This document shows positions 20,898 to 30,814 of a DNA stretch of 64,000 nucleotides, in pieces; the first letter of the stretch is position 1; each line of letters opens with the position of its first letter. The stretch spans positions 11,596 through 75,595 of IMG/VR virus record IMGVR_UViG_3300028591_000020; one strand, written 5' to 3'. The DNA is from a virus. Its lineage: Duplodnaviria > Caudoviricetes. The translations under genes were made by a program, and so were the position numbers. The notes under the pieces are model-generated. The model saw only the letters and a list, made by a program, of their open reading frames with translations. It was not told where the DNA came from and did no database searches.

Positions 20898-22265
20898 TTA
20901 ATTTTGTGTGCGTACGTAGTAGTCAGTACCCTCAACAACCTCGGTATCGGTTGACAGAACGAAGCCACCGTCAGACTGAACGTACCAGCCCTCCTGAACA
21001 GGATTCTTACCCTCAGTATCGGTCACCTTGGTATAGGTGTAGGTCGGCTCTACTGGAGCCTCGCCCATGATATTCAGGTAGTAGAACCAGCGAGTGAGGT
21101 TAGGAACACACATCGTCTGAGACTCAGACTTAACCTTGATCCACATCTTCTCGCCGTTGCGAACCTCGCGGAACATGGTACGGCCACCGTCGATGAAGGC
21201 GGTGCGAGTGTTACCACTGTCAATAGCAACGAGCTTACCACTCTGGGTAGTACCGATGTCACCATCAGGAATGTACACCAGAACACCCTCGCGGAAGGCC
21301 TGCAGGTTGTGGTATGCAGCCTTATGGGTGCGTGGGTCAATAAACTCGATTGCACCTACCTTGTCAACAACCTCGATGCGTCCGATGCGCTGCTGGATAT
21401 AGTTCCAAATCAGCTCTTCATCTTGAGTGTAAGACCATGAGATGCGCAGAGTGTCCTTCGTGATGTCGGGACGCTGAGCAACAGCAAACAGCTCGCGGAA
21501 GAAAGGCATAGCCAGAAGGTCGCGCTTGGTGCGCTTGGAGCACTCCCAGTGTCCGGCAGGCATGCTATCGTTCTCTTCTGCATCCTCGACGATCTTCTGA
21601 CAAACGGTGATTGGGTTGACACCCTTACCAATGCCGGAAACCTGAACTACGTTGCCCTGACCATCCTTGTAGAACCAAGTGCTGGTCTTCTTGTTCTTGG
21701 CAGGAACGCCAAAGTCAATCTCGAACGGCAGACCGTAGGGGTTGTTAATACCGTCGATGACGAGCTTACCCTCGTTACCAACAATCTGATGACGCTGGAA
21801 CTGAACGGTGTTGAAGTTACCACCAATCAGAGAGTCGGAAGCGGTGAAGAAAAGATTCATCACTGCATCAACAATATCCTGGCGCATGCCACCCAGCATG
21901 TCAATGAGAGCCATCTTCTCACGAATCTTCTTACGGTCAAGGTACACCTCATGCTTGAAGATGTTAATCTCACCAGTCTTGAGGGTTGCACCGTCAACGC
22001 TCTTAGAAGGACCGTCAGAATCGTAGTCCACGTAGGCAGCCATCGTGTAAGGACGGATGACGGCCTCAATCTGCTCGTAAGTAGGATTCAGGCGAATGTC
22101 CGGATCCAAGGGGAAGCCCATCTGAGCATAGGTAGCTTCGGCATTCCACTTCTCGGCAAACATATCGTCAAGATACATCTGCAGAGAGGCGTGACCACCG
22201 TCTACATAGCCCATAGAGGCAAGGCCCTGAGCAATAAAATCGTAAAATTGTGCGTCGCGTATCAT
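20898..22265 (-). CDS. Major capsid protein
   Basis: 455 aa after scaffold and decoration genes; IDFGVPAKNK-type motif seen in phage capsid E-like proteins. Confidence 0.8.
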   Translation of the reverse strand: MIRDAQFYDFIAQGLASMGYVDGGHASLQMYLDDMFAEKWNAEATYAQMGFPLDPDIRLNPTYEQIEAVIRPYTMAAYVDYDSDGPSKSVDGATLKTGEINIFKHEVYLDRKKIREKMALIDMLGGMRQDIVDAVMNLFFTASDSLIGGNFNTVQFQRHQIVGNEGKLVIDGINNPYGLPFEIDFGVPAKNKKTSTWFYKDGQGNVVQVSGIGKGVNPITVCQKIVEDAEENDSMPAGHWECSKRTKRDLLAMPFFRELFAVAQRPDITKDTLRISWSYTQDEELIWNYIQQRIGRIEVVDKVGAIEFIDPRTHKAAYHNLQAFREGVLVYIPDGDIGTTQSGKLVAIDSGNTRTAFIDGGRTMFREVRNGEKMWIKVKSESQTMCVPNLTRWFYYLNIMGEAPVEPTYTYTKVTDTEGKNPVQEGWYVQSDGGFVLSTDTEVVEGTDYYVRTQN

Positions 22266-22289
22266 AATTGAATACCTTTTAGAGATTAG

Positions 22290-22724
22290 TTACTCGATGC
22301 CGTATGCCTCGCGAGCGTCTTTGCGCAAGCGGACGAACTCAATGTTCGGCAGCTGTGCCTCGACACTGGCAGGAACATCAGTGGCATCACCCCAGCACTT
22401 ACCCGACGTAACAATAGCTGTGGATGCGTAGAACGTACCCTCAACAATCTTGATGTCATGACGGGTCATGCCATTCACAGTCTTTAGCTTGGCAGCACCA
22501 GCGTCAGCCTTGATAACTTCGCAATAATCGCTTTCGTTGTCAAAGTGGACCATGGAACCAGCAGGGATAACATCACCTGCCTTGAAGCCTTGCTTAGCCA
22601 AATCAATCTTTCGACCGATATGGATAATCTTGTCAACGTCAATCCAGCACTCAACGTTACCACCACCGATTGAGTGGGTCTGCTGAGACATGGTATTGTC
22701 CGTTCCTCTGTTGTAATAGCCCAT
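22290..22724 (-). CDS. Head decoration-like protein
   Basis: 144 aa between scaffold and MCP (GDVIPAGS motif). Confidence 0.55.
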   Translation of the reverse strand: MGYYNRGTDNTMSQQTHSIGGGNVECWIDVDKIIHIGRKIDLAKQGFKAGDVIPAGSMVHFDNESDYCEVIKADAGAAKLKTVNGMTRHDIKIVEGTFYASTAIVTSGKCWGDATDVPASVEAQLPNIEFVRLRKDAREAYGIE

Positions 22725-22777
22725 AACTGAAATGTTAATGAATAATGTTACCTGAAAAATCTTTTTACCCTAAAGAA

Positions 22778-23485
22778 CTATTTCTTCTCTTCGGGTTTTG
22801 GGAGCTTGCCGCGAGCACGCATCTTGGCTTTGAAGGCCTCACGCTTCGCGAGAGCTTCCTTGTCTGGTCCGTCGGTACGATGCTCCTGACCCTTGCGGGG
22901 ACGCTCGAACTTGATACCAGCATCCTTCAACTCCTGATAGTAGGCTTCCTCTGCGTCCTTTGCCAGTTTGTCAATGTCGTGAGTCTGACCTTCTTCGAGT
23001 TTAGGGAGCTTAATCTTGGCAATAGTAGCGTTGACGAAATACGAGTTAGGGGTGATTTTCCCTTCCTTGAACGTCTCATTAAGCTTGTTGCGGACCTGGG
23101 CGATAACAGCATCATTTGCTGCCTTTTCGTCCTTTTCTTTGAGAGACTTCTTAAGACCGTCAATCTCATCCTTCAAGGCTTTGAGTTTCGGGTCATCCTC
23201 ATCCTCTTCCTGATGCTCATTGGGCTTCGGCTTCGGAGGGGTCTGCTGCGGATGCTTTTTCTTCCAGTCGTTAATCTGGGTGCCTGCCTCTTTTGCAACG
23301 TTTCCGTTCATACGAATCAGACGGTTGGCAATCCGTTTGCAGAATGCTTCATCGGCCTGACTGTCTTCGGTGATTCCTTCGAGCGCGTCATCCAACTCTG
23401 CGTTAATAGTCTCTTCGCTGAGCACTGTGATGCGTGATTCGCCATACTGTGCTTCTACTAATGGTCTGAGTGATTCTCTATCCAT
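22778..23485 (-). CDS. Capsid scaffolding protein
   Basis: Charged coiled-coil, 235 aa, first gene of the head operon. Confidence 0.65.
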   Translation of the reverse strand: MDRESLRPLVEAQYGESRITVLSEETINAELDDALEGITEDSQADEAFCKRIANRLIRMNGNVAKEAGTQINDWKKKHPQQTPPKPKPNEHQEEDEDDPKLKALKDEIDGLKKSLKEKDEKAANDAVIAQVRNKLNETFKEGKITPNSYFVNATIAKIKLPKLEEGQTHDIDKLAKDAEEAYYQELKDAGIKFERPRKGQEHRTDGPDKEALAKREAFKAKMRARGKLPKPEEKK

Positions 23486-23527
23486 GATTTTTAAAGTTTA
23501 AAATTGATGATTTCAATCGTTACTTAG

Positions 23528-23600
23528 TTGCAGGAGTGTGACTCGAACACACGACCTCAAGGCTATGATCCTCGCGAGCTACCGACTGCTCCATCCTGCG
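23528..23600 (-). tRNA. tRNA-Met(CAT), initiator-like
   Basis: CGCAGGA/TCCTGCA acceptor with C1:A72 mismatch; GAGC/GCTC D-stem; CGAGG-ATCATAG-CCTTG anticodon arm; TTCGAGT T-loop; CCA not encoded. Confidence 0.85.
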
Positions 23601-23702
23601 ATATTAAAAACCCGACGCTTCGGGTTGATTGTTAACCATGAAAAACATAAATCTACTAACCTTTTGACCACCCTCACGGGTACGATTTTGCATAAATATA
23701 CC

Positions 23703-23772
23703 TAATTTTCTGCAAAAATATGAATAAAAATTGTATAAAACAAATATTTTTGCGTATTTTTGCAGAAAATTA
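23703..23772. promoter_or_regulatory. Divergent promoter pair formed by an 18-bp inverted repeat
   Basis: TAATTTTCTGCAAAAATA (23703-23720) and TATTTTTGCAGAAAATTA (23755-23772); each arm contains a TAnnTTTG box facing outward. Confidence 0.65.
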
Positions 23773-23798
23773 TGAATAATTATTCAATTTCGGGGTAG

Positions 23799-25469
23799 AT
23801 GGAAAAGTTTTCAGGACTTAAAATGCCCGATGGTGAGCCGATTCTGACTCAAGAGTACATCAATACCCTCCAGCAGCAGGCGATTGCAAAGAAACTCAAA
23901 AATGCAATCGTGCCACAGGCTGGAGGGCAAGAAAACATGCTCGCTACCAATGTGGATATACTGATTTGTGGTGGTTCGCGTGGTGGAAGTAAAAGTTTTT
24001 CGGGATTGATGGAAGCACAAAAAGACATACTAAACCCCGATTTCCATGCAGCCGTATTCAGAAACAACAAGAAAGCCATGGAAAAACTGATACGTGACTC
24101 ACGTAAACTTTTTTCACAATTTGGCACTTATAACAAGTCTCAGTCTGATATGACGTGGAACTTCAATGCAGGCGGCACCCTCGGCTTCTACTACCATGAT
24201 GACAGCTATGAAGATTTCAAAGAACGTTTCCAAGGTCAGGAGTACGCATACATCTTCATCGACGAGATAACACACATCGAATACAACAAGTTCAAATACC
24301 TCACAACATGTAACCGTAATGCCTATGGCATTCGCAACCGTTTTTGGGGAACTTGTAACCCTGACCCTCGCTCATGGGTACGTCAGTTCATCGACTGGTG
24401 GATTGACAAAGACGGATATATCGACCCTGAGCGTGACGGAAAGGTACGCTATTGCTTCATGAAGGGTGACAGAATCAATCAGATTGTCTGGGGTGACACT
24501 CGCGAAGAGGTGTATCTCAAGTGCAAGGAAGAGATTGATGAAGTCTGGAATCCCAAGTTTGATGAATACGGTATGACGAAGGAACAGATGGTGATGTCCG
24601 TCGCTTTCGTACGTGCTGACCTCTCGCAGAATCCTATGCTTCTGCTCTCTGACCCCACATATCTCGCCCGTCTGGCCCAACAGGACAAAGGACAGGTATT
24701 GCGTGACCTCAAAGCCAACTGGAATGCCTCTGAGGTGGGGGATGACATGATTTCCTACGACGAGTTGGAACAGGTGTTCGGTAATGCCTATCAGTATGGT
24801 GACGGCATCAGACGGTGTACGGCAGATATTGCCCTCGAAGGCGGTGATAACCTTGTCATGTATCTTTGGATAGGCTACCATGTTGCTGACTTCTGCTGTG
24901 TCAACGTCAATTCCAAGACGGCAGTATCAGTCATTCAGCATAAATTGAAGGAGTGGGGTGTGCTCGAAGAGAATTTCTGCTACGACCTGCAGGGTGTAGG
25001 ACAGCTCGTAAAGGGATTCTTCCCAGAAGCCATACCATTCAACAACCAGGCAGCTCCTATTGCTGACGAGGATGATGACTATGATGACGGGGTGAAGTAT
25101 CTTTACAAAGACCTTAAATCACAGTGTGCATATCTCACCTACCGCAAGCTCAAGGAGCTGAACATATCTTTCGATGCAAGTCTGCTTGACCGGAAGGTGT
25201 CGGGTAATGGCTACGAGGATATTATGCTTCGTGATGTGTTACAGAAGGAGCGTATGTCATTGCGTCGTGATCCAGATACAAAGGACAAGGGTTTCTGTCT
25301 GATGCCAAAGAAAAAATCGAAGGTAATAGTAGGACACTCGCCTGACTGGTGGGAGTCTCTGTATTTCCGAGCGTACTTTGACATTGCAGAACCCGTACAG
25401 ATGGAAGTCGAAAACTCATGGATGCTGGGGGCAGACATGGAAATGAATTTTGATATGGAATTTAATTAA
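23799..25469 (+). CDS. terL: Terminase large subunit
   Basis: Walker A GGSRGGSKS, Walker B YIFIDE, GTCNP coupling motif, nuclease TADIALEGGD. Confidence 0.95.
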   Translation: MEKFSGLKMPDGEPILTQEYINTLQQQAIAKKLKNAIVPQAGGQENMLATNVDILICGGSRGGSKSFSGLMEAQKDILNPDFHAAVFRNNKKAMEKLIRDSRKLFSQFGTYNKSQSDMTWNFNAGGTLGFYYHDDSYEDFKERFQGQEYAYIFIDEITHIEYNKFKYLTTCNRNAYGIRNRFWGTCNPDPRSWVRQFIDWWIDKDGYIDPERDGKVRYCFMKGDRINQIVWGDTREEVYLKCKEEIDEVWNPKFDEYGMTKEQMVMSVAFVRADLSQNPMLLLSDPTYLARLAQQDKGQVLRDLKANWNASEVGDDMISYDELEQVFGNAYQYGDGIRRCTADIALEGGDNLVMYLWIGYHVADFCCVNVNSKTAVSVIQHKLKEWGVLEENFCYDLQGVGQLVKGFFPEAIPFNNQAAPIADEDDDYDDGVKYLYKDLKSQCAYLTYRKLKELNISFDASLLDRKVSGNGYEDIMLRDVLQKERMSLRRDPDTKDKGFCLMPKKKSKVIVGHSPDWWESLYFRAYFDIAEPVQMEVENSWMLGADMEMNFDMEFN

Positions 25470-25483
25470 AACAGGATAACAAT

Positions 25484-27148
25484 ATGGCAAAGAGATTTGA
25501 TTTCAAGGAAGTTCTCGTTCGCAAGCCTATCTACAAAGTCTTACCAAGCGAAACGAACATTAAGTTTGAGACCTATCAGGGCAGCGATATGTCGGAGCCT
25601 AATGACCCTCTCAAGCTACAGGTCTATACGCAGTCGCAGATGCTACGTGAATACTACCCGTCGGCTCATAACATCAACAATCCTGTCCTCTATCCAGATG
25701 TGTGGAAGGAAATGCCTGTGCCGGGCAAGCCGAATCAGAAGCGTTACTTCCGTCAGCCCATCACACGTACTGCTCTGGCTTTCCAGCGCGTCATCAAAAT
25801 CAAACGTAATACGCATGTGTGTGGTAACGATATGCAGTTTGAGTTGGCATCCAAGAGTCGCGACGAAAAGAAAACCCTTCAAGATACGCTGTCGCTGCTG
25901 GACTTCAAGGAAGGCTGGCTGACAATGGGGATGGAAGAGCGTTTCTACGAGGCTGTTGATTCTATCAACACCGTTGCGGATGCTGCCGTGGTTGGCTTCT
26001 TTGATGAAAATGGTGAACCTCAGACGCGCACATTCTCCTTCATCAACGGCGATAAGCTCTATCCGCACTACGACCCCATCACTGGCCGCATGGTTCTCTT
26101 TGCCCGTAAGTATTACGACCTCGATGAAGATGGAAAGCGTACCACTGAATGGGTAGAGGTGTGGGATGATGAATACCTGTATCGCTTCAAGCGTGACGTG
26201 AAGAGTATTTCTGCTACCATTCTTGACATCTTCGGACTCAACGGATTCAAGCAGGTGGGTGAACCTCAGAAGCACGGATTCCCATTCATTCCTGTTGCCT
26301 ATCATGTCAATCCCGAAGGTCCGGCATGGGCTTTCTCGCAGGACACTATTGAGAAATACGAAGAGGCTATGTCGTACTTCTTCGAGAACAACAAGGCATA
26401 CGCTTTCCCGATATTCTATGCTAAGGGCAAGGGCGTGAAACTCAGCGGCAACATGAATGGTGCTGTCAAGGCGGTGGCCATCAGCGACCCCAAGGGTGAA
26501 GCTGGATTCCTCAAGCAAGAGGACGTTTCCAACTCTTACAACACGCTCCTTATCAAACTCTACGACCTTATCTACGAGCAGTCGTTTGCCGTCAAGCCAC
26601 CTGAATTGAAGTCTGGCGACCTGCCAGGAGTGGCCGTTAAGCTGTTGTTCTCTCCTGCCATTGAACAGGCTATTGGTGATGCTGAACATCTGCAGCCGTT
26701 CGTGGAGCAGCTGGTACGTATCGTCAAGTATGCTTGGGGATATAAGCTCAACCATCCGGCTACACTCATGGCTCTGCCTATCAAGTCGTGGATTGAGCCA
26801 TATATTCATCAGAATGATAGCGAGCTGATGACAAACCTCGCTACCGGCGTATCGAATGGCTTCATTTCCATACAGACGGCTTCTGAGCGTGCTTCTAAGT
26901 ACACGAAGAATGATGAAATGGATCGTCTGCTGAAAGAGTATAAGCAGAAGCAGGAACTCGACCTTCTCTATGAAATCAAGAAGAAGAAGGCTGAGGTGGA
27001 GGCTGAGATTGAAAAGCTCAAGCAGACATCGAAGATTCAAGCCAAGCAGGGTAATGTCCGCACTGGCAACGGACGTACTCGTACCACTGACGAGAACGGC
27101 AACCACGAAGGAGAGAATAATTGGGACACATGGGACAAAACGCATTAA
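25484..27148 (+). CDS. Portal protein (SPP1-like)
   Basis: 554 aa directly after terL; helical C-terminus; SGVAVKLL-like motif (PGVAVKLLF). Confidence 0.85.
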   Translation: MAKRFDFKEVLVRKPIYKVLPSETNIKFETYQGSDMSEPNDPLKLQVYTQSQMLREYYPSAHNINNPVLYPDVWKEMPVPGKPNQKRYFRQPITRTALAFQRVIKIKRNTHVCGNDMQFELASKSRDEKKTLQDTLSLLDFKEGWLTMGMEERFYEAVDSINTVADAAVVGFFDENGEPQTRTFSFINGDKLYPHYDPITGRMVLFARKYYDLDEDGKRTTEWVEVWDDEYLYRFKRDVKSISATILDIFGLNGFKQVGEPQKHGFPFIPVAYHVNPEGPAWAFSQDTIEKYEEAMSYFFENNKAYAFPIFYAKGKGVKLSGNMNGAVKAVAISDPKGEAGFLKQEDVSNSYNTLLIKLYDLIYEQSFAVKPPELKSGDLPGVAVKLLFSPAIEQAIGDAEHLQPFVEQLVRIVKYAWGYKLNHPATLMALPIKSWIEPYIHQNDSELMTNLATGVSNGFISIQTASERASKYTKNDEMDRLLKEYKQKQELDLLYEIKKKKAEVEAEIEKLKQTSKIQAKQGNVRTGNGRTRTTDENGNHEGENNWDTWDKTH

Positions 27149-27151
27149 GAC

Positions 27152-27718
27152 ATGGACGTAACAGTATCATCAAAGACTAACAAGCTCGCTCGCTCATTGG
27201 GCCTTACTCCTGAGCAGATGGCTTTCGCTGACCTCATAACGCAAGGATGGCCAGAGGAAGATGCGTATGCCGTTGCTATCCGTACTGGCATGGCAACATG
27301 GAACCGTGCAGCTATCAAGGATGAAGTGGCAAAGATTCTTTCTTCTACTGCCGTACAGAAGCGTATCGCTGCCAACAAAGAGGTGCTTCGCGAGTCGCAG
27401 GTGAAGAAGATTCAGAAGGATATGAAGGATAATGCCAATGACCTTCTGGAACTCGCTACAAATAAGGAGAAAAAGCTGATAGAACTGCAGACCATCCTCA
27501 AGACGCTCAAGCCCGGCTCGACGGAATATAACAAGGTCAATGACCAGATTATCAATATCTCTCGCATGAAGCAGAACGAGGTGAAGACGGATGACAAGAC
27601 CATCCACTACTACCTGCCCGTCTCATATCCTACTGGCTGTCACGACTGCCTGTATTCTCGATGCAACGAATGTCGGTATAAGCGAGAATGCGAAGAAAGA
27701 AAGAAAACCGAGGAATAA
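27152..27718 (+). CDS. Putative terminase small subunit with C-terminal Cys cluster
   Basis: N-terminal LTPEQMAFADLI...AYAVA helix-turn-helix resembles TerS; C-terminal CHDC-CNEC. Confidence 0.55.
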   Translation: MDVTVSSKTNKLARSLGLTPEQMAFADLITQGWPEEDAYAVAIRTGMATWNRAAIKDEVAKILSSTAVQKRIAANKEVLRESQVKKIQKDMKDNANDLLELATNKEKKLIELQTILKTLKPGSTEYNKVNDQIINISRMKQNEVKTDDKTIHYYLPVSYPTGCHDCLYSRCNECRYKRECEERKKTEE

Positions 27719-27778
27719 CAACACTTCTTATAAAGCCAACGTTAAAACTTTTGATTTTTGTATCATACGAAGAGAGAG

Positions 27779-27810
27779 AAGGGGAGCCACTTGTGAAAGC
27801 AGCTCCCCTT
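27779..27810. terminator. Bidirectional terminator between convergent operons
   Basis: AAGGGGAGC...GCTCCCCTT stem with a purine tract before and a T-rich tract after. Confidence 0.65.
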
Positions 27811-27838
27811 TGTTGTGTCTATTGCCGTGTTACGACGA

Positions 27839-28060
27839 TCATTCGTCAAAATGCTCACAAGCTCTGTCGCTAAGTAGTACACAAAACTTTCCGTCTTTAT
27901 ACCAAGGGCATCTTCCCATGGTGGGCTTGCGTCCGTGAACACTCAGCGTATGGTGTGAGGTCTCTGGAGTGCAGTTCTTACATTCGCCACACTTCCTACC
28001 TACCCATTTCTTGGGTTGTTCGGGTTTTGGTTGCGGATTGGGCCTCCTGTAAACTGCCAT
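27839..28060 (-). CDS. Small Cys-rich (Zn-finger-like) protein
   Basis: CGECKNC...C...C motif, 73 aa. Confidence 0.6.
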   Translation of the reverse strand: MAVYRRPNPQPKPEQPKKWVGRKCGECKNCTPETSHHTLSVHGRKPTMGRCPWYKDGKFCVLLSDRACEHFDE

Positions 28061-28061
28061 A

Positions 28062-28535
28062 CTATAAGCCTACCTCTATCTTACGACCATACTCTGCCAA
28101 GAGCAAGGCATCACAGATGGCAAGCGTCACACGCTCCTTGGGGAATAACTGTTGCGCCTTGGCTTTCAGCTTATTCTTCCACTCTGTCTTAGAAGCAGCT
28201 GATGACTTGCCAAGCTGGTAGGACTTCTCCCACTTGTTGGGTGTGACATCATTCGTCTTGATACCCAAAGCAAGAAGGGCCATTTCAAGATGGCCGCAAT
28301 GACGGGCAAAGGTAGCGGTAGCCTTGGAACTCTGACCAGGCATACCAGTACCAACCTTCTCGAGATAGCATACACCGTCATTGCTGAACAGGGTAGAACT
28401 GGAGTACTTTCTCAGACACTCCAAAATGTCTTGTGGGGTGCCGGGCATCTTACGGACATCAATGACGTTTCCGTCAATATCCAGCACGGCAATACCACCG
28501 TTGGCTCCTGGGTCTATTCCTATAATATACTTCAT
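28062..28535 (-). CDS. RuvC-like Holliday junction resolvase
   Basis: IIGIDPG, YLEKV and CDALLLAEY catalytic motifs. Confidence 0.85.
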   Translation of the reverse strand: MKYIIGIDPGANGGIAVLDIDGNVIDVRKMPGTPQDILECLRKYSSSTLFSNDGVCYLEKVGTGMPGQSSKATATFARHCGHLEMALLALGIKTNDVTPNKWEKSYQLGKSSAASKTEWKNKLKAKAQQLFPKERVTLAICDALLLAEYGRKIEVGL

Positions 28536-28732
28536 AACAACTTCTTTCTTAAGTCCTTGATATGTTCGGTAATCGTAGTCAGACGGTCAGTAATCAAACC
28601 GTCGTTACACACAGGGATATAGTTTGGAATCTCTACCTTCGGATTCTCAATGGCACAGCAGAGCTGATCCAAATAATCTGTGACTCTGGTGTGGTCCTCG
28701 ATAATCTCTATATAGCCTTTATTTTTGTCCAT
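28532..28732 (-). CDS. Hypothetical protein
   Basis: 66 aa, coupled to neighbours. Confidence 0.55.
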   Translation of the reverse strand: MDKNKGYIEIIEDHTRVTDYLDQLCCAIENPKVEIPNYIPVCNDGLITDRLTTITEHIKDLRKKLL

Positions 28733-29282
28733 CCTCTACCTCCTTTGCCATTTCAACAAGTTTCGCCTTGGCTTCTTCATCAGCCTTTACCTCTTCGAGA
28801 ATCTTGTCATCCTCTGCCTTCTCTTCGGCAGTCTCAGCAGTACCAGCAAATGCTTTCTGACGCTCAATGAGGGCTTTCAGGGCATTGGCCTTATCCTCGT
28901 AATACTTCTGGTCGCCAGTGGTACACACGTCAGTCATCCACATGCCAAAGACATGCAGAATATCGGCAAGGCTGTTCTGTGCCAGCGTCTCACCCTTCTC
29001 ATGAGCCTCTAAGGCTACAGGGATGCAATAGTCAAGCCAACGGAATACCTGTGTGTTGAAGCAGAACGTCAGCGAGAAGATACCGCTGATGGCCTCCACC
29101 TTGATATAAGGTATTCCTGCACGGCTGAACTGCTTCTTGATTTTGTCAGGCACGTTCTCGTCAGCACGCAAGCCTTTGAGCTGGCTCTTACTGAGGGCTT
29201 TCGTGAACTTGAGAACCTTATAGTTCCCGATTCTTACTTCCTTGCCAAACGGCAGGGCTGGTCTTTCTTTCTTCTCTTCCAT
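28719..29282 (-). CDS. Hypothetical protein
   Basis: 187 aa, coupled to neighbours. Confidence 0.65.
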   Translation of the reverse strand: MEEKKERPALPFGKEVRIGNYKVLKFTKALSKSQLKGLRADENVPDKIKKQFSRAGIPYIKVEAISGIFSLTFCFNTQVFRWLDYCIPVALEAHEKGETLAQNSLADILHVFGMWMTDVCTTGDQKYYEDKANALKALIERQKAFAGTAETAEEKAEDDKILEEVKADEEAKAKLVEMAKEVEDGQK

Positions 29283-29283
29283 G

Positions 29284-30807
29284 TTAATCGTCTTCTTTTA
29301 TGAATGTTCCTTTTTCTTCTACGTAATCTACTTGAAGGTTGGCATCGTTGATGACAAACTTCTCTTTCAGACGCTCAGCATTACAGCCATAGACAATATA
29401 GCTGTTGCCTTCCTGTGAGCGTTTCTTGCCAAAGCCAAGCTTACTCATGGTATGCCCGAACTTCTGACCAGTAACAGGCTCCACATCGTTATCCTTGCAG
29501 AACTGATTGAGGCTTTCAATCATTTCCGATGAAGGAATAAGGGTGTACTCTTCATGTACTGCATGGGCCTCTTTGCGCATCTGATAGCTGTTGACCCAAG
29601 CCAACACAGGATTCATCTGCAGCTGTGCCAACAATATCTGCCTACGGTTGCCCTCACTCGATGGGAATACGAACTTCCTACGTTTCAACTCTCTGCTGCC
29701 TCGCAATATCCAGTTGAAGATGCCGGGGTACTCTGCAACTAACTCACGGCTCAAAGCAGGATTCTGCTTTTCCTTCGGAATGGTAATCTCGAAGCTGATG
29801 AACTGCAAGCGTCTGATAAAGCCAAGGCTTTGGTCATCGGAATATGGCAACTCATTGAGGTTGAAGATAAGGAAAGGGATATTGTAGTTCTCACGAACGT
29901 CCTCACCAAGCTTCCTGTCCGTAACACTCTCACCAGACACGATGCGCTTGAATACTCCAGTGCGCTTTCTTCCAAAGGTACGCTGGTCTGAGTCTGATGA
30001 CCAGTTGAAGATGGCATCACGCAACAGCCTACGCGCACGCATACCTTCATCACCTGTCGCAGTAAGATCGTCGTAGTCGAGTCCACTGATACGCTCCTTG
30101 CCAAAGATACCTATCGCAGTATCGTAGATGGTGCTCTTGCCGTTGGCTCCTGCACCAAGGAGTATCAGGCACAACTCTATCTTTGCGGCATTCTTGCCCT
30201 CGTAGGGATTGTACACCGTACCACGCTCCATCAGCCCAAGGCCCAAAAACATCTGTAGTATCAGGCGGCTGTTCTTATCGGGCAACACCTCATGCAAGAA
30301 GTTGTTCCACTTATTACACTTGGCATTCTCCTTATATTCGTAAGGGTGGTAGTATGTCACATGATACTCAGGACTGAAAGGAAACAGCCTGTACTCACGC
30401 AAATCCAACACACCATTCTTGAAAGCTATCAGGTCCGGTCTTGGGATAAGCTGGTTGTAATAGCGGATGATGTCGATGAAGTATTTCTTGCAGACGGTCT
30501 TCTCACCAATCATCGGAACTATCCTCAAATGCTCCAAAAGAAGGTCGTAGGCAGTCACTATCAGTTCTTCGCGGATGGTGACATATATCTTGCCGTCAAA
30601 GAGGTAGAAGCTGCCATCGTAATACTTGATAGCGGCTTCCTTGGCCATATTCCTTATCTTCTCTATGAAGTCCAGCTTCTTCTCTTGGTAGGCCTCGGAA
30701 GTCCTGTAGCCCCAGCGGCCCTTGAACTTCTCGAAGTTATAGTCACCACCGGAGCACAGTTGCAAGAGACTGGCAAAAATCTGATTGATAACTGTACTGT
30801 CTGTCAT
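29284..30807 (-). CDS. D5/P4-type superfamily 3 helicase (no evident primase domain)
   Basis: IAFKNGVLDL D5-N motif, Walker A GAGANGKST, FKRIVSGE, FIRRL. Confidence 0.85.
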   Translation of the reverse strand: MTDSTVINQIFASLLQLCSGGDYNFEKFKGRWGYRTSEAYQEKKLDFIEKIRNMAKEAAIKYYDGSFYLFDGKIYVTIREELIVTAYDLLLEHLRIVPMIGEKTVCKKYFIDIIRYYNQLIPRPDLIAFKNGVLDLREYRLFPFSPEYHVTYYHPYEYKENAKCNKWNNFLHEVLPDKNSRLILQMFLGLGLMERGTVYNPYEGKNAAKIELCLILLGAGANGKSTIYDTAIGIFGKERISGLDYDDLTATGDEGMRARRLLRDAIFNWSSDSDQRTFGRKRTGVFKRIVSGESVTDRKLGEDVRENYNIPFLIFNLNELPYSDDQSLGFIRRLQFISFEITIPKEKQNPALSRELVAEYPGIFNWILRGSRELKRRKFVFPSSEGNRRQILLAQLQMNPVLAWVNSYQMRKEAHAVHEEYTLIPSSEMIESLNQFCKDNDVEPVTGQKFGHTMSKLGFGKKRSQEGNSYIVYGCNAERLKEKFVINDANLQVDYVEEKGTFIKEDD

Positions 30808-30814
30808 CGGGATA

